A DNA stretch of 26,246 nucleotides from Octopus sinensis. Taxonomy: Eukaryota. Below the pieces are notes generated by a model. It was not told the DNA's origin and did no database searches. It was given only the letters and a program-made list of their open reading frames with translations. Below are positions 11,575 to 21,666 of this stretch, one piece after another. The position numbers and the translations under genes are program-made. The first letter of the stretch is position 1, and every line of letters starts with the position of its first letter. The stretch spans positions 1 to 26,246 of the forward strand of contig NW_021836024.1 in the NCBI RefSeq assembly GCF_006345805.1, written 5' to 3'.

Positions 11575-11658
<84 letters not shown>

Positions 11659-11660
11659 CA
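11371..11660. repeat. (TA)n microsatellite
   Basis: Directly visible. Confidence 0.95.
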
Positions 11661-12519
11661 TGCAAACACGCATACTCCTCGTTCTTTTGCCAATTGATGC
11701 CAAATTTTCACACAATTTAAATTTTAGTGTTTCACCGTTGTTATGAGTTTAATTTGTTTAAATCACAGCGAGAGCAATAACCTGACGGCCATTTTGTGTA
11801 CATGAAGCGAAAATAAAGAGAATTTTCCTCTTCGTTACATTCATTTAGCAACCATGTTTGAACACCTTTCTTCCCCTGCTACCCTCCCTATCTCTCAGCT
11901 AATAGTTGTTTTTATCGCTTGGTTTCACTTCACCAAATCATAATCAGTCTCCTCTTCGACTGCCAGCATTCAAAATCCATGATATCGCCAATGAGAAGTT
12001 ATTTACTGATTGTTATTTTTAGCTGTTTAACCGTTTGACTGCGTAATCAAATTTCATGGCATTTCCCATAATAATATTAATTATCCACCAAAAGATAGAA
12101 CTGATATTTTCTGCTTGTGCAGTACTTACTTTTTCAGTATCCCCTGTAGATAACGGTTTTCATATCATCCACAAAAAGCATTTGATTCTTGCTCTGAAAA
12201 AAGATATTCGATGAAATACGTGGAAAAATTAAGAAAACCTAAAAAATTGTCATTCGTAAAATGTGCTACGTGTACAGTGTCTCCGGTTCTCGAAAGGTTT
12301 TTCAAAGTCATTGGGTAAAACCTCTTTCCGCAGTTAACGGTAATAAAATATGAAGCTGATATATCCGGTATCCGCGTTCAAAGGCTTTTAAAAACATGCG
12401 TGTTTCTTGCTTTTTTTTTTTAGTTATTTGCTTTTACAAATTCGATCTGAGAAACAAGAAAATATTCACGAGGACTTTCTGCAACGAAAATTACATAACT
12501 GACTAAAGCATGGCCTTAT

Positions 12520-12665
12520 AGGTGCAGACGTGGTTGTTTGGTAAGACGCTTGCTTTCCACGGGGTTTCGAGTTCAATCCAACAACGACGCACCTTGTGAA
12601 GCGTCTTCTGCTATAGACCCAGGCTGACCAAAGCCTTGTGAGTCGATCTAAGAGATGGAAACTGA

Positions 12666-12707
<42 letters not shown>

Positions 12708-12915
12708 TGCGTGCGTGTGTGTTTGTGTTTGTCGCCCTCCACCGCTTAACAAGCGGTGTTGGTTTATTTACGTCTCAATAACTTAACGGTTCGTCAAAAA
12801 AGAATAAGTATCGGGCGTTGAAAATACGTACTGGAGTCGATTTGTTCGAGTAAACCGTTCAAGGCTTTGCCCCAGCATGGCCGCAGTCTAATGACTGAAA
12901 CAAGTAAAACATAAA
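12520..12915 (+). mobile_element. tRNA-derived SINE, family D, with internal (TG)n
   Basis: Head GGTGCAGACGTGGTTGTTTGGTAAG...CGAGTTCAATCC, internal TG tract, tail CCCCAGCATGGCCGCAGTCTAATGACTGAAACAAGTAAAA. Homologous to the minus-strand copies listed below. Confidence 0.82.
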
Positions 12916-13063
12916 AGATTGATGTGTGTATATTGTGTGTGTATATATATATATATATAGTGTGTGTGTATTTTCGTAATACATTATGTGAACCTAACAT
13001 TTTGTTGATACTGTATAAGCAAATTTGTTACTTTTTGTTGCATTTTTGTTGTATCTTTTTAAG

Positions 13064-13144
13064 ATCTGAGCTCACGAACCACGTGCCGTCTAACTACATT
13101 TGAATTGCTGTACCAGTACGATCCGAAAGACCTATTTTATGTTG
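13064..13144 (+). CDS. Candidate internal coding exon A (81 nt, phase 1-1) of an unidentified gene
   Basis: Long pyrimidine acceptor (TTTTTGTTGTATCTTTTTAAG|) and donor (TTG|GTATGT). Only one frame is open: xLSSRTTCRLTTFELLYQYDPKDLFYV. Confidence 0.55.
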
Positions 13145-13664
13145 GTATGTGGAAAACAAAGGGAAAATGATATATAATTTATTGCCGTCGTTATCTCTGC
13201 CGGCATTCCTTTAATTTGCTATGCCATTTTCTGTACTTTGAAAAGCAACTCGAATTTCAGTAAAATAGATAAATAATAAAAAAACAAAAATAAAAATAAG
13301 AATGAAAATAAATTAAGAAAAACTGGAGAAACGTGATATAAAATAAATTGCAAACACACACACACCACAAAGAACACACACGTAAGATACATTATACGCG
13401 ATACTCATGTGACATATACATGCTAACAGAGGCACATATACATCAGTAGACACACATACTTACAGAGACAAGTACACACGCACACACAAACAAATACACA
13501 TACGATAATACTTTTAAACATACGTACAAACACTTACATATACACAGGGACAATTGCTTACATAGGTGTATACATTAAAAAACAACACATATAACAAGAA
13601 TAACAACAGCAACAACAACAAAATGAATTACGTGAAAAACAATAGAAGTGAAGACATATTTTAT

Positions 13665-13920
13665 CGCTTATCTTTTACTTGTTTAAGTCCGGTACTTGTT
13701 CTATTGATCTTTTCGGTCCAACCGCTAAGTTATGTGAACGCAAACAAAACAAATCCGGTTATGAAGCAGTGGTGAGTGGTCAAACACACACACACACACA
13801 CGGATGCACACACTCATATTTACGTGGGCTTCCACTGTATTGGTTGGCCCCGGGGGTTATAAAAAAAATACTTGCCCAAGGTACTGCCCTGTGGAACTGA
13901 ACCGGAAACCTGCTCCTATT
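13665..13920 (-). mobile_element. SINE family D, diverged and internally deleted
   Basis: Reverse complement contains GGTTTCCGGTTCAGTTCCAC...CCTTGGGCAAGT, a TG tract, ATAACTTAGCGGTT and AAACAAGTAAAAGATAA. Confidence 0.72.
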
Positions 13921-13984
13921 TAACAATCATGTATAAAATAGAAGATCAAACATATTCAAATATTTCAAACTTAATAATGTATAT

Positions 13985-14100
13985 CAGGGGTTCTCAACCA
14001 TTTTTTTATCCATGGACCCCTTTGACTCCTGTGTTCAAAAACTAGTTTTATAGAAACATCTTTCAAAATTCCTATTTTGTTTTTCACACGTTGTGTAAGT
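13985..14100 (+). mobile_element. hAT (Charlie-like) left-end fragment
   Basis: Starts CAGGGGTTCTCAACC, a typical hAT-Charlie terminus. No matching right end found. Confidence 0.5.
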
Positions 14101-15662
14101 TGAACTTGAGTAAATTTTTGATTGCAGATTTCCTTCAGTCTTTTATTATCTCTGCATCACACAATCCCCACATGGTAACATTGATTTCAAGGCCTTCCAG
14201 ATGAGTGACTGGTATTCAAAGACATTTATAGATTGTAAATTTATTCTGTCCAGTTACGTATCAGTATAGTGGTCATTTGCAAACTCCAACTTTCATTTTC
14301 CCTTAGCCCTCACGTCACACTGTTGTTAATGTTTATTTGAGTTAGGTCACGCCTTTCCAATTCCTATAGATCCGTAATGCATCTTACGGCTGTGTCTGTC
14401 ACCTGTATGGTGAGGAATACTACATTGGGAATGGTAACGACTAGGGTACGGTAGCTGACTGCTTATTGTGATCATTCGTCTTTTGGTTTCCTGTAGCTTT
14501 GCTCTCTTTTACAAACCAAATTTCCTATTTCAAAGAAATTCAAACAACAGATATAAGAATCAAGTTAAAAAGATTCTCAACAATTCAACTTCTCTGGTTG
14601 ACATTAAGACACCCAACCCCAATAGAGACCTTAACTCCCGCTTTTTAGAGATCCATGACCTCCATTTTTCAGGATCAAAATTCTTTTAACAGGTTCTATA
14701 AGACTGGAAATTAGTATGGGATATATGTGTCATAATTAGAAATTTTTTAGGGTGTGTAAAGAAGGAAAGAACCCTCATCTGCAATGTTGATGAAATTCAA
14801 ATCATAGGTATTCCAGTTCATTACAGAAAATATAACAGAAAAGTCTAATTCTTCAATTGCATGTAACACGGACAACGCCAGGTATCTCTGCTAGCATTAT
14901 ATATATGAATATATGTGTATATGTATGTATGCCTGTGTATATGTGAGATAATAGTTTCACTTTAAAAGTTTCAGCATTAAAGTGAAACTATAAAGTGAAA
15001 GTATCTGACATTACAATAAAGAGATGTTATTGTTTCACTTTTGACAGGTAATACTGAAATAGTAGAGGAGATTGATATTGCTGTGGGCTCGCACTAGGCA
15101 AGAAGCTAAGAAATTTTTTTAGGCCTATGACACTACATGGACCCTAAGTAAAGCATGTGCAAAATGTGAATGAAATTGGTTGTGTAGTTCTCAAGTTTTA
15201 GGGATTCGCACAGACAGAAACACATTCTCATCATTATATATATAGATGACATTCGCATATATACACATATATATAAAAATAGACATACGCGTATATATAT
15301 ATATGTGTGTGTATTTATATGTAAGTATATGTATATGTATGTATGTATGTATGTATGTATATATGTATGCATGTATGTAGATATGCATGTATGTATGTAT
15401 ATATAAACATACATACATACATATATATTTACGTGCGTACGGAGGCCATCATAAAGTCATATTCATTTAACAAAAAATCCAGCGTATGGGAACCACATTT
15501 TATATACATATCTGTCATTGTGTTTGTGTGTGTGTGTGTAAACACACACACACATACAAACGCATACGTGTGTGTGTTCTTTTAATTTTTTTTTCTTGTT
15601 ATTATAAATCTTCCACCCGTCCAACTTACACCTCGTCACTTCTTCTACTCGTTCCGTATCAG

Positions 15663-15778
15663 CGGGGCTAGAAACCACCCAGAAAATCAACCTACCGTAT
15701 CTATGGCTCTATGATTTGCGAGAATACAGAAATACGTATGGTCGTACGTCCGTTGCATGGAATGATGGCGATGTGTTG
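15663..15778 (+). CDS. Candidate internal coding exon B (116 nt, phase 1-0)
   Basis: Strong acceptor (CTTCTTCTACTCGTTCCGTATCAG|) and donor (TTG|GTAGGT). The single open frame xGLETTQKINLPYLWLYDLREYRNTYGRTSVAWNDGDVL is phase-compatible with exon A. Confidence 0.6.
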
Positions 15779-15939
15779 GTAGGTTGTAGGTGGGTTTTTT
15801 AGTGACTGCTGACAGACATAGTTAATGCTTGCCCATTAATCATTTTGTGTTTTTTTTTTCATACCATATTTAAACGCTCGTCAGGTGAATTTTTTTTCCA
15901 GAAGGATGTCTCCAAAAAAATAATCCCCGTCTTATATCA

Positions 15940-16131
15940 GAATTTGGGCCAATGCTGGTTTCAAATTTTGGCTCATCGACCCCAGCACTCAACTGGTGCC
16001 TATTTTATCATCCCTAAAAGGATAAAAGGCGAAGTCGACTTCGGCGAAATTTGAACTCGGAACTTAAAGACAGACGAAATGCCGCTATGCATTTTGTCCG
16101 GCGTGTTAACGATTCTGCCAGCTCGCCACCT
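15940..16131 (-). mobile_element. SINE family B
   Basis: Reverse complement begins AGGTGGCGAGCTGGCAGAATCGTTAACACGCCGGACAAAATGC. Confidence 0.85.
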
Positions 16132-16149
16132 CAAGTTGGGCTTGTATTA

Positions 16150-16361
16150 TTTCCAAATTTTGGCACAATGCCAGCAATTTTGCGGGAGGGCTAAGCTTAT
16201 TAAAACGACCTCAGTGATCAACTGGTACTTATTTTATCGACTCCGAAAGGATGAAAGGAAAAGCCGATCTCGGCGGAATATGAACTCACAATGTAAAAAC
16301 GGGCGAAATACCGTTAAGCATTTGGCCTGGTGTGATAACGATCCTGCCAGTTCACCGCCTT
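16150..16361 (-). mobile_element. SINE family B with probable ~17-bp TSD
   Basis: Reverse complement begins AGGCGGTGAACTGGCAGGATCGTTA. Flanked by AAGTTGGGCTTGTATTA (16133-16149) and AAATTGGGCTTATATTA (16362-16378). Confidence 0.82.
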
Positions 16362-16517
16362 AAATTGGGCTTATATTACAAGCTTTAATGCGTTAAAATC
16401 TTTTTCTTCTGTATATGCACTGCTGAAACTAGGGTGCGTCTAATACGTCCAAGCGTCTTTTATATCTGGTAACTTAGTCTAAAGAATAGCGCAGAAAAAT
16501 TAAAACCGTTTTTTAAG

Positions 16518-16596
16518 ACCTTCATGATTGGAAGGAGGATGGGATGTGAGGGTGATGATGTCTGGGGGTGTATCTCTAAGCGTTGATAAGGATCAG
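16518..16596 (+). other. Exon-like segment with in-frame stops (possible exon C)
   Basis: TTTTTAAG| acceptor and a perfect CAG|GTGAGT donor. Phase-0 reading TFMIGRRMGCEGDDVWGCISKR ends in TGA TAA. Deleting one base in the G5 run would open it through the donor. Confidence 0.3.
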
Positions 16597-16794
16597 GTGA
16601 GTAGCTTATTCTGGAAGTTTTATAACTGGGGAAGTATCTTTTTTCTTTTACTCGTTTCAGGTATAGGACCGCGTAAATGCTGGGGTTCCACCTTGAAAAG
16701 GTTGAGTCAATCCCAGAACTTATGTTTTTATTTATTTATTTATTTAAGTCTGGTACTTAGACATAAACAAACCGATAGACAAACACAGACCACA

Positions 16795-16881
16795 CATATA
16801 TATACATATATGTATAAAAATATATACACATACAACATACAGACAGACATACACACATACATACATACATATATACATGCA

Positions 16882-16915
<34 letters not shown>

Positions 16916-16985
16916 CATACATACATACATACATACATACATGCATACATACATGAATACATACATACATACATACATACATACA

Positions 16986-17020
<35 letters not shown>
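16795..17020. repeat. (TACA)n microsatellite
   Basis: Directly visible. Confidence 0.95.
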
Positions 17021-17021
<1 letters not shown>

Positions 17022-17493
17022 CTTCTCCATTTTCTGGATTTTAATTTGAATATTTATAAACCAAGATATATACACACACACACGATTCCTATTAAAAATA
17101 AATTTCCAAATTTTGGTTGGTAGGGATATAGAATCCAAGTGCATGCCTTAGTTTCATGTACTAGTTATTAATTCCGGTTAACCTCTTGGAGTGTATAAAA
17201 AACTTCAGTTTGTTTGAATTACTAACCTTACTCTATCTTCAAATCGGTAAACCCATATGTCTTCATAGAGACTTCATGTTTTGGTAGAGATAATAATGAA
17301 TTTATAATGAAGGAAAACAGATTCATATCCAGTTTTATTCCGCTGTTAATTACTTCTTTTCATTTCTGCACCTACACATGTTTCTGCAGTAATTAACTAA
17401 TCTACACTGCAAGATTTGCATCTTTTATATACATGTATTGCTAATTGTCGCACCTTCCGAGTGGAGCATTGTTCATATATATATATATATATA

Positions 17494-17576
17494 GTTAATC
17501 CAAACAAGAAAACACAAAAAAAACACAGCAACGCGAGGACGTGGAACAAATAAAGTATTATTGGACGCTCAGGAAA

Positions 17577-17580
<4 letters not shown>
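17494..17580 (-). mobile_element. Fragment related to the 18495-18692 element, in (TA)n
   Basis: Reverse complement TTCCTGAGCGTCCAATAATAC resembles TTCCTGAGCGCCATACTAATAC at ~18613-18634. TA tracts on both sides. Confidence 0.5.
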
Positions 17581-17612
<32 letters not shown>

Positions 17613-18007
17613 TCTTTTGGCCAAAATCGAAACACCTGTATGAGAATATGTTGGATTTTTGCAGTTAAAAAATTATAGTAACGCCACTTCTCCATTTTCT
17701 GGATTTTAATTTGAATATTTATAAACCAAGATTTATACTTTAACCTATTATTTTAGGAATATTACTATTCACAACAAAATAATAGGTAACAAACCAGTAA
17801 ATCATTGGATATTTTCTATCCCTTAAGGTGGTAATTTTAACATCTCTGTCTGCCTGCGTTTATGTATGTATATATATTATATATATATATATATATATAC
17901 ATATATGTGTAACATACATACATACATACATACATACATACATTCATACATACATACATACATACATGTGTGCGTGTGCATGAGTGTATTTGCGCGTGTA
18001 TTTGTGT

Positions 18008-18368
18008 GAAGGCGTATGGCTCAGTGGTTAGTGCGTCGAGCTTACGATCGTGAGGTTGTGACTTCGATTCCCGAACCAGGCTGCGTGTTGTGTTCTTGAG
18101 CAAGACACTTTATTTCACGTTGCTTCAGTACACTCAGCTGTAGAAATGAGTTGCGACGTCACTGGTGCGAAGCTGTATCGGCCCCTTTGCCTTTCGCTTG
18201 GATAACATCAGCTGTGAGGAGGCTGGTACGCATGGTCGGCTGCTGGCCTTCCGTAAAACAACTCTAGGTTGTGCGTTCGCCGGTGGGGCAATTCTCCGCC
18301 CAGACTTGTACCTTGGAGGGGAACCTCTTATGTGCACCCATGGTCATTCGTGACCGACGGAGTCGAGT
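18008..18368 (+). mobile_element. tRNA-derived SINE, family A, full length
   Basis: GAAGGCGTATGGCTCAGTGGTTAGTGCGTCG...ACTTCGATTCC head; close match to 7741-8065. Confidence 0.9.
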
Positions 18369-18378
18369 ATACATACGT

Positions 18379-18464
<86 letters not shown>

Positions 18465-18494
18465 TACATACATACATACATATATATATATATG

Positions 18495-18692
18495 ATGGAC
18501 CGTTAGCTCCTACACGCAATTTTTTCTTCTTGTTTCTCTCCTTGTTTCTTTTCTGTGTATCTTTCTGTCGAAGAGCGTAGGCTCGAAACGTAAAAGACTT
18601 GTTTTATTTCTATTCCTGAGCGCCATACTAATACAATTGTTTGTTTGCACTCCAACTGCTTCGTCTTTTGTTTATTTTCGTAAACCTTCCCG
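18495..18692 (+). mobile_element. ~200-bp hammerhead-bearing element in (TA)n
   Basis: Non-repetitive insert bounded by TA tracts and containing the motif at 18560-18598. Confidence 0.55.
18560..18598 (+). ncRNA. Minimal hammerhead-like motif with variant core
   Basis: TCTTT-CTGTCGA-A-GAGC GTAG GCTC-GAAA-C G-TA-AAAGA. Stem I is 5 bp, stem II is 4 bp, stem III is the palindrome ACGT, triplet GUA. Core has A6->U plus one extra A. Confidence 0.5.
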
Positions 18693-18704
18693 TTATATAT
18701 ATAT

Positions 18705-18740
<36 letters not shown>

Positions 18741-18909
18741 GATATACATACATACATACATACATACATATAATATATATATTATATATATATATATATA
18801 TATAGTATATATATATATATATATACATACATATATATATATATATATAGCAAATATATATATTATATATATAATATATATATATTATATATATATATAT
18901 ATGTATATA

Positions 18910-19060
18910 TACGAAAGGCTTTGTTCCAGTTTCTGTTTATCAAATTCTCTCATAAGGCATTGGTCGGTCAAGAGCTATAACAGAAGACATTTGTCCAAGA
19001 TGTCGCGCAGTTAGAGTGAACCCGAAACCACGTGATTGCAATGTGGGCTGCTTAACCCTG
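18910..19060 (-). mobile_element. SINE family D 5' part
   Basis: Homologous to 25300-25450 and to the reverse complement of the 12520 head. Confidence 0.72.
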
Positions 19061-19204
19061 CCTGAGCCTTTGGACATTTTGCAGAAATCCTCATCTGGTC
19101 GTGCCACGGGTGGAGGGATGGATTGATCCGGGATAAACTCTACAAACACCGAAGTACATTAACAACCCTCCCTATGTTTATACATCAGTATACCAGAAAA
19201 AGGT

Positions 19205-19550
19205 GGTGCGCTGGCAGAATCGTTAGAACTGCTTGGCGGCATTTCGTCCGTCTTCGCGTTCAGAGCTCAAAATTCCGCCATTCATCCTTTCGGGGTTGAC
19301 AAAATAAGTACCACTCAGGCGCGGTCCCAGGAATTTTTCGAAGGAGGGCACAAGATCAGAAGGGGATACAATTTCAGGAGAAAGGGGCATAATAGCATTA
19401 TTTAGAAGGATGCACTTCTTTTTCTTGAGGGGAGCACGTGCCCCTTCCCCTCCCCACGGGCCGGCCCCAGCCACTTGTGCATTGGAGTCAACGTAATTGA
19501 CTTCCCCTTCCTCCTATGTTGCTGACCTTGTGCCTGAATTTCAAATACAT
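19205..19550 (+). mobile_element. SINE family B interrupted by a ~150-bp GC-ended insert (19316-19468)
   Basis: The SINE reads to AAATAAGTACCA, then CAGGCGCGGTCCC...GGGCCGGCCCC, then the SINE tail resumes (TGCATTGGAGTCAACGTAATTGACTT). Confidence 0.7.
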
Positions 19551-19568
19551 ATTTTGCGTTGTTAGTAA

Positions 19569-20180
19569 GGCGGCAAGCTGGCAGAAACGTTACCGCGTCA
19601 GACAAAATGCTTAGCGGCATTTCGTCCGTCTTTACGTTCTGAGTTCAAATTCCACCGAGGTCTCGTCCTTTGCCTTTCATCCTTTTCGGTGTCGATAAAA
19701 TAAGTACAGTAGAACCTCGCAGTACGAGTGCCCCATTGTACTAGTAATTTGCTGTATGAGCCGAAACTCGTGCGAATTTTTGTCTTGAAGTACGAACGGA
19801 AGGAAATCCGCAGTACGAGCGCACAAAGCGTCCCATCTTTAAGGTAATTCAGTTAATATTTCAGTAATTCAGTTTACATATTTCTTTTGCATTCTTATTT
19901 TTATGATTGTCATTTTACTTGTAACTAGACCTTTTCTGTTTTTAAAACCCATAAAAAAATTATTTTTGAGTGGTTTGGGTGGGTGGAACGGATTAATTAT
20001 ATTTTAGTTAATTTCAATGGAGAAAATTGATTTGCAAAACGAATAAATTGTAAGATGAGCTTGGTCATGGAACGAATAAACTCGTATTGCGAGGTATCAC
20101 TGTAGCAGTCGAGCACTGGGTTTGATTTAAACGATTTATCACTTCCCCGAAATTTTAGGCTTTATGCCTTTAGTAGAAAG
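19569..20180 (+). mobile_element. SINE family B split by a MITE
   Basis: 5' part at 19569-19706 ends AAATAAGTA. The tail resumes at 20105 (GCAGTCGAGCACTGGG...). Confidence 0.82.
19707..20102. mobile_element. Complete Tigger/pogo-like MITE (396 bp), TA TSD
   Basis: TIRs CAGTAGAACCTCGCAGTACGAGT and ACTCGTATTGCGAGGTATCACTG (23 bp, imperfect). TA at 19705-19706 and 20103-20104. Confidence 0.88.
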
Positions 20181-20182
20181 GA

Positions 20183-20253
20183 TTCTTCTTCTTCTTCTTC
20201 TTCTTCTTCTTCTTCTTCTTCTTCTTCTTCTTCTTCTTCTTCTTCTTCTTCTT

Positions 20254-20328
<75 letters not shown>
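20183..20328. repeat. (TTC)33 followed by (TTA)~15
   Basis: Pure TTC run at 20183-20281, then a TTA run. Confidence 0.95.
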
Positions 20329-20464
20329 GCTACATTTTTCACCGACCATAACTGCTTAACTTCCCAAGCTAACCTGTCATATCGCTCAACTTTTCTTTCT
20401 TCCTTATCGCATACCTTGTCAGCTGGGCATGCTATATCTATGATCCAGCATAGTTTGTTTTCTT

Positions 20465-20526
<62 letters not shown>

Positions 20527-20527
20527 T

Positions 20528-20705
20528 GCAGCGTGGAAGGTGTTTATAAGCCATTTAAGAAACACAGATGTAGCACGAAGTTTTGTCAGTGAACAGGTCG
20601 CGGTCTCAAGCGACGAAAATATTTTTGATAATTAATTTAAATGTTGAAGTGAATCTAACGGTTTTGTGTGTTTCTTAAATGGCTTATAAACACCTTCCAC
20701 GCTGC
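20528..20705. mobile_element. MITE-like element with perfect 39-bp TIRs
   Basis: GCAGCGTGGAAGGTGTTTATAAGCCATTTAAGAAACACA (20528-20566) and its exact reverse complement (20667-20705), with AATT on both sides. Confidence 0.8.
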
Positions 20706-20766
20706 AATTGTTTTCGTTCCAGCACACGATCTCAGATCAAGTCACTCGCTATGCAAGTACATCTCC

Positions 20767-20814
<48 letters not shown>

Positions 20815-20822
20815 TAATAATG

Positions 20823-20868
<46 letters not shown>

Positions 20869-20879
20869 TAATAATAATA

Positions 20880-20910
<31 letters not shown>

Positions 20911-20939
20911 TTTAAAAAAACTATACAAAGAAAACAAAT

Positions 20940-21420
20940 TATTATTATTATTATTTTATTATTATTATTATTATTATTTTATTGCTACATTTTTTTCACC
21001 GACCATAACTGCTTAACTTCCCAAGCTAACCTGTCATATCGCTCAACTTTTCTTTCTTCCTTATCGATACCTTGTCAGCTGGGCATGCTATATCTATGAT
21101 CCAGCATAGTTGTTTTCTTTTAATAATAATTAATATAATAATAATATAATAATAATAATATAATAATAATAATAATAATGCCAGCGTGGAAGGTGTTTAT
21201 AAGCCATTTAAGAAACACAGATGTAGCACGAAGTTTTGTCAGTGAACAGGTCGCGTCTCAAAGCGACGAAAATATTTTGATAAATTAAATTTAAATGTTG
21301 AAGTGAATCTAACGGTTTTGTGTGTTTCTTAAATGGCTTATAAACACCTTCCACGCTGCAATTGTTTTCGTTCCAGCACACGATCTCAGATCAAGTCACT
21401 CGCTATGCAAGTACATCTCC

Positions 21421-21462
<42 letters not shown>

Positions 21463-21475
21463 TAATAATATAATG

Positions 21476-21508
<33 letters not shown>

Positions 21509-21596
21509 TATAATAATATGATAATAATATATAATATAATAATAATATATAAATAATATAATTTTAAAAAAACTATACAAAGAAAACAAATTATTA

Positions 21597-21600
<4 letters not shown>
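20940..21600 (+). repeat. Tandem duplicate of ~20285-20940 (period ~654 bp), including a second MITE copy at ~21180-21359
   Basis: Near-identical sequence that differs mostly by single-base indels and microsatellite length. Confidence 0.88.
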
Positions 21601-21650
<50 letters not shown>

Positions 21651-21666
21651 TATTATTATTATTATG

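Noticed and set aside
12130-12193. Minus-strand segment with a good acceptor (TTTTTTCAG) and a GTAAGT donor
   Set aside because: All three frames contain stops and it is opposite to the better-supported exons. Could be chance or non-coding.
20464-20940. Regular repeat-spacer appearance suggesting a CRISPR-like array
   Set aside because: The repeats are (AAT)n microsatellites in a eukaryotic context, with no constant-length repeats and spacers and no cas genes.
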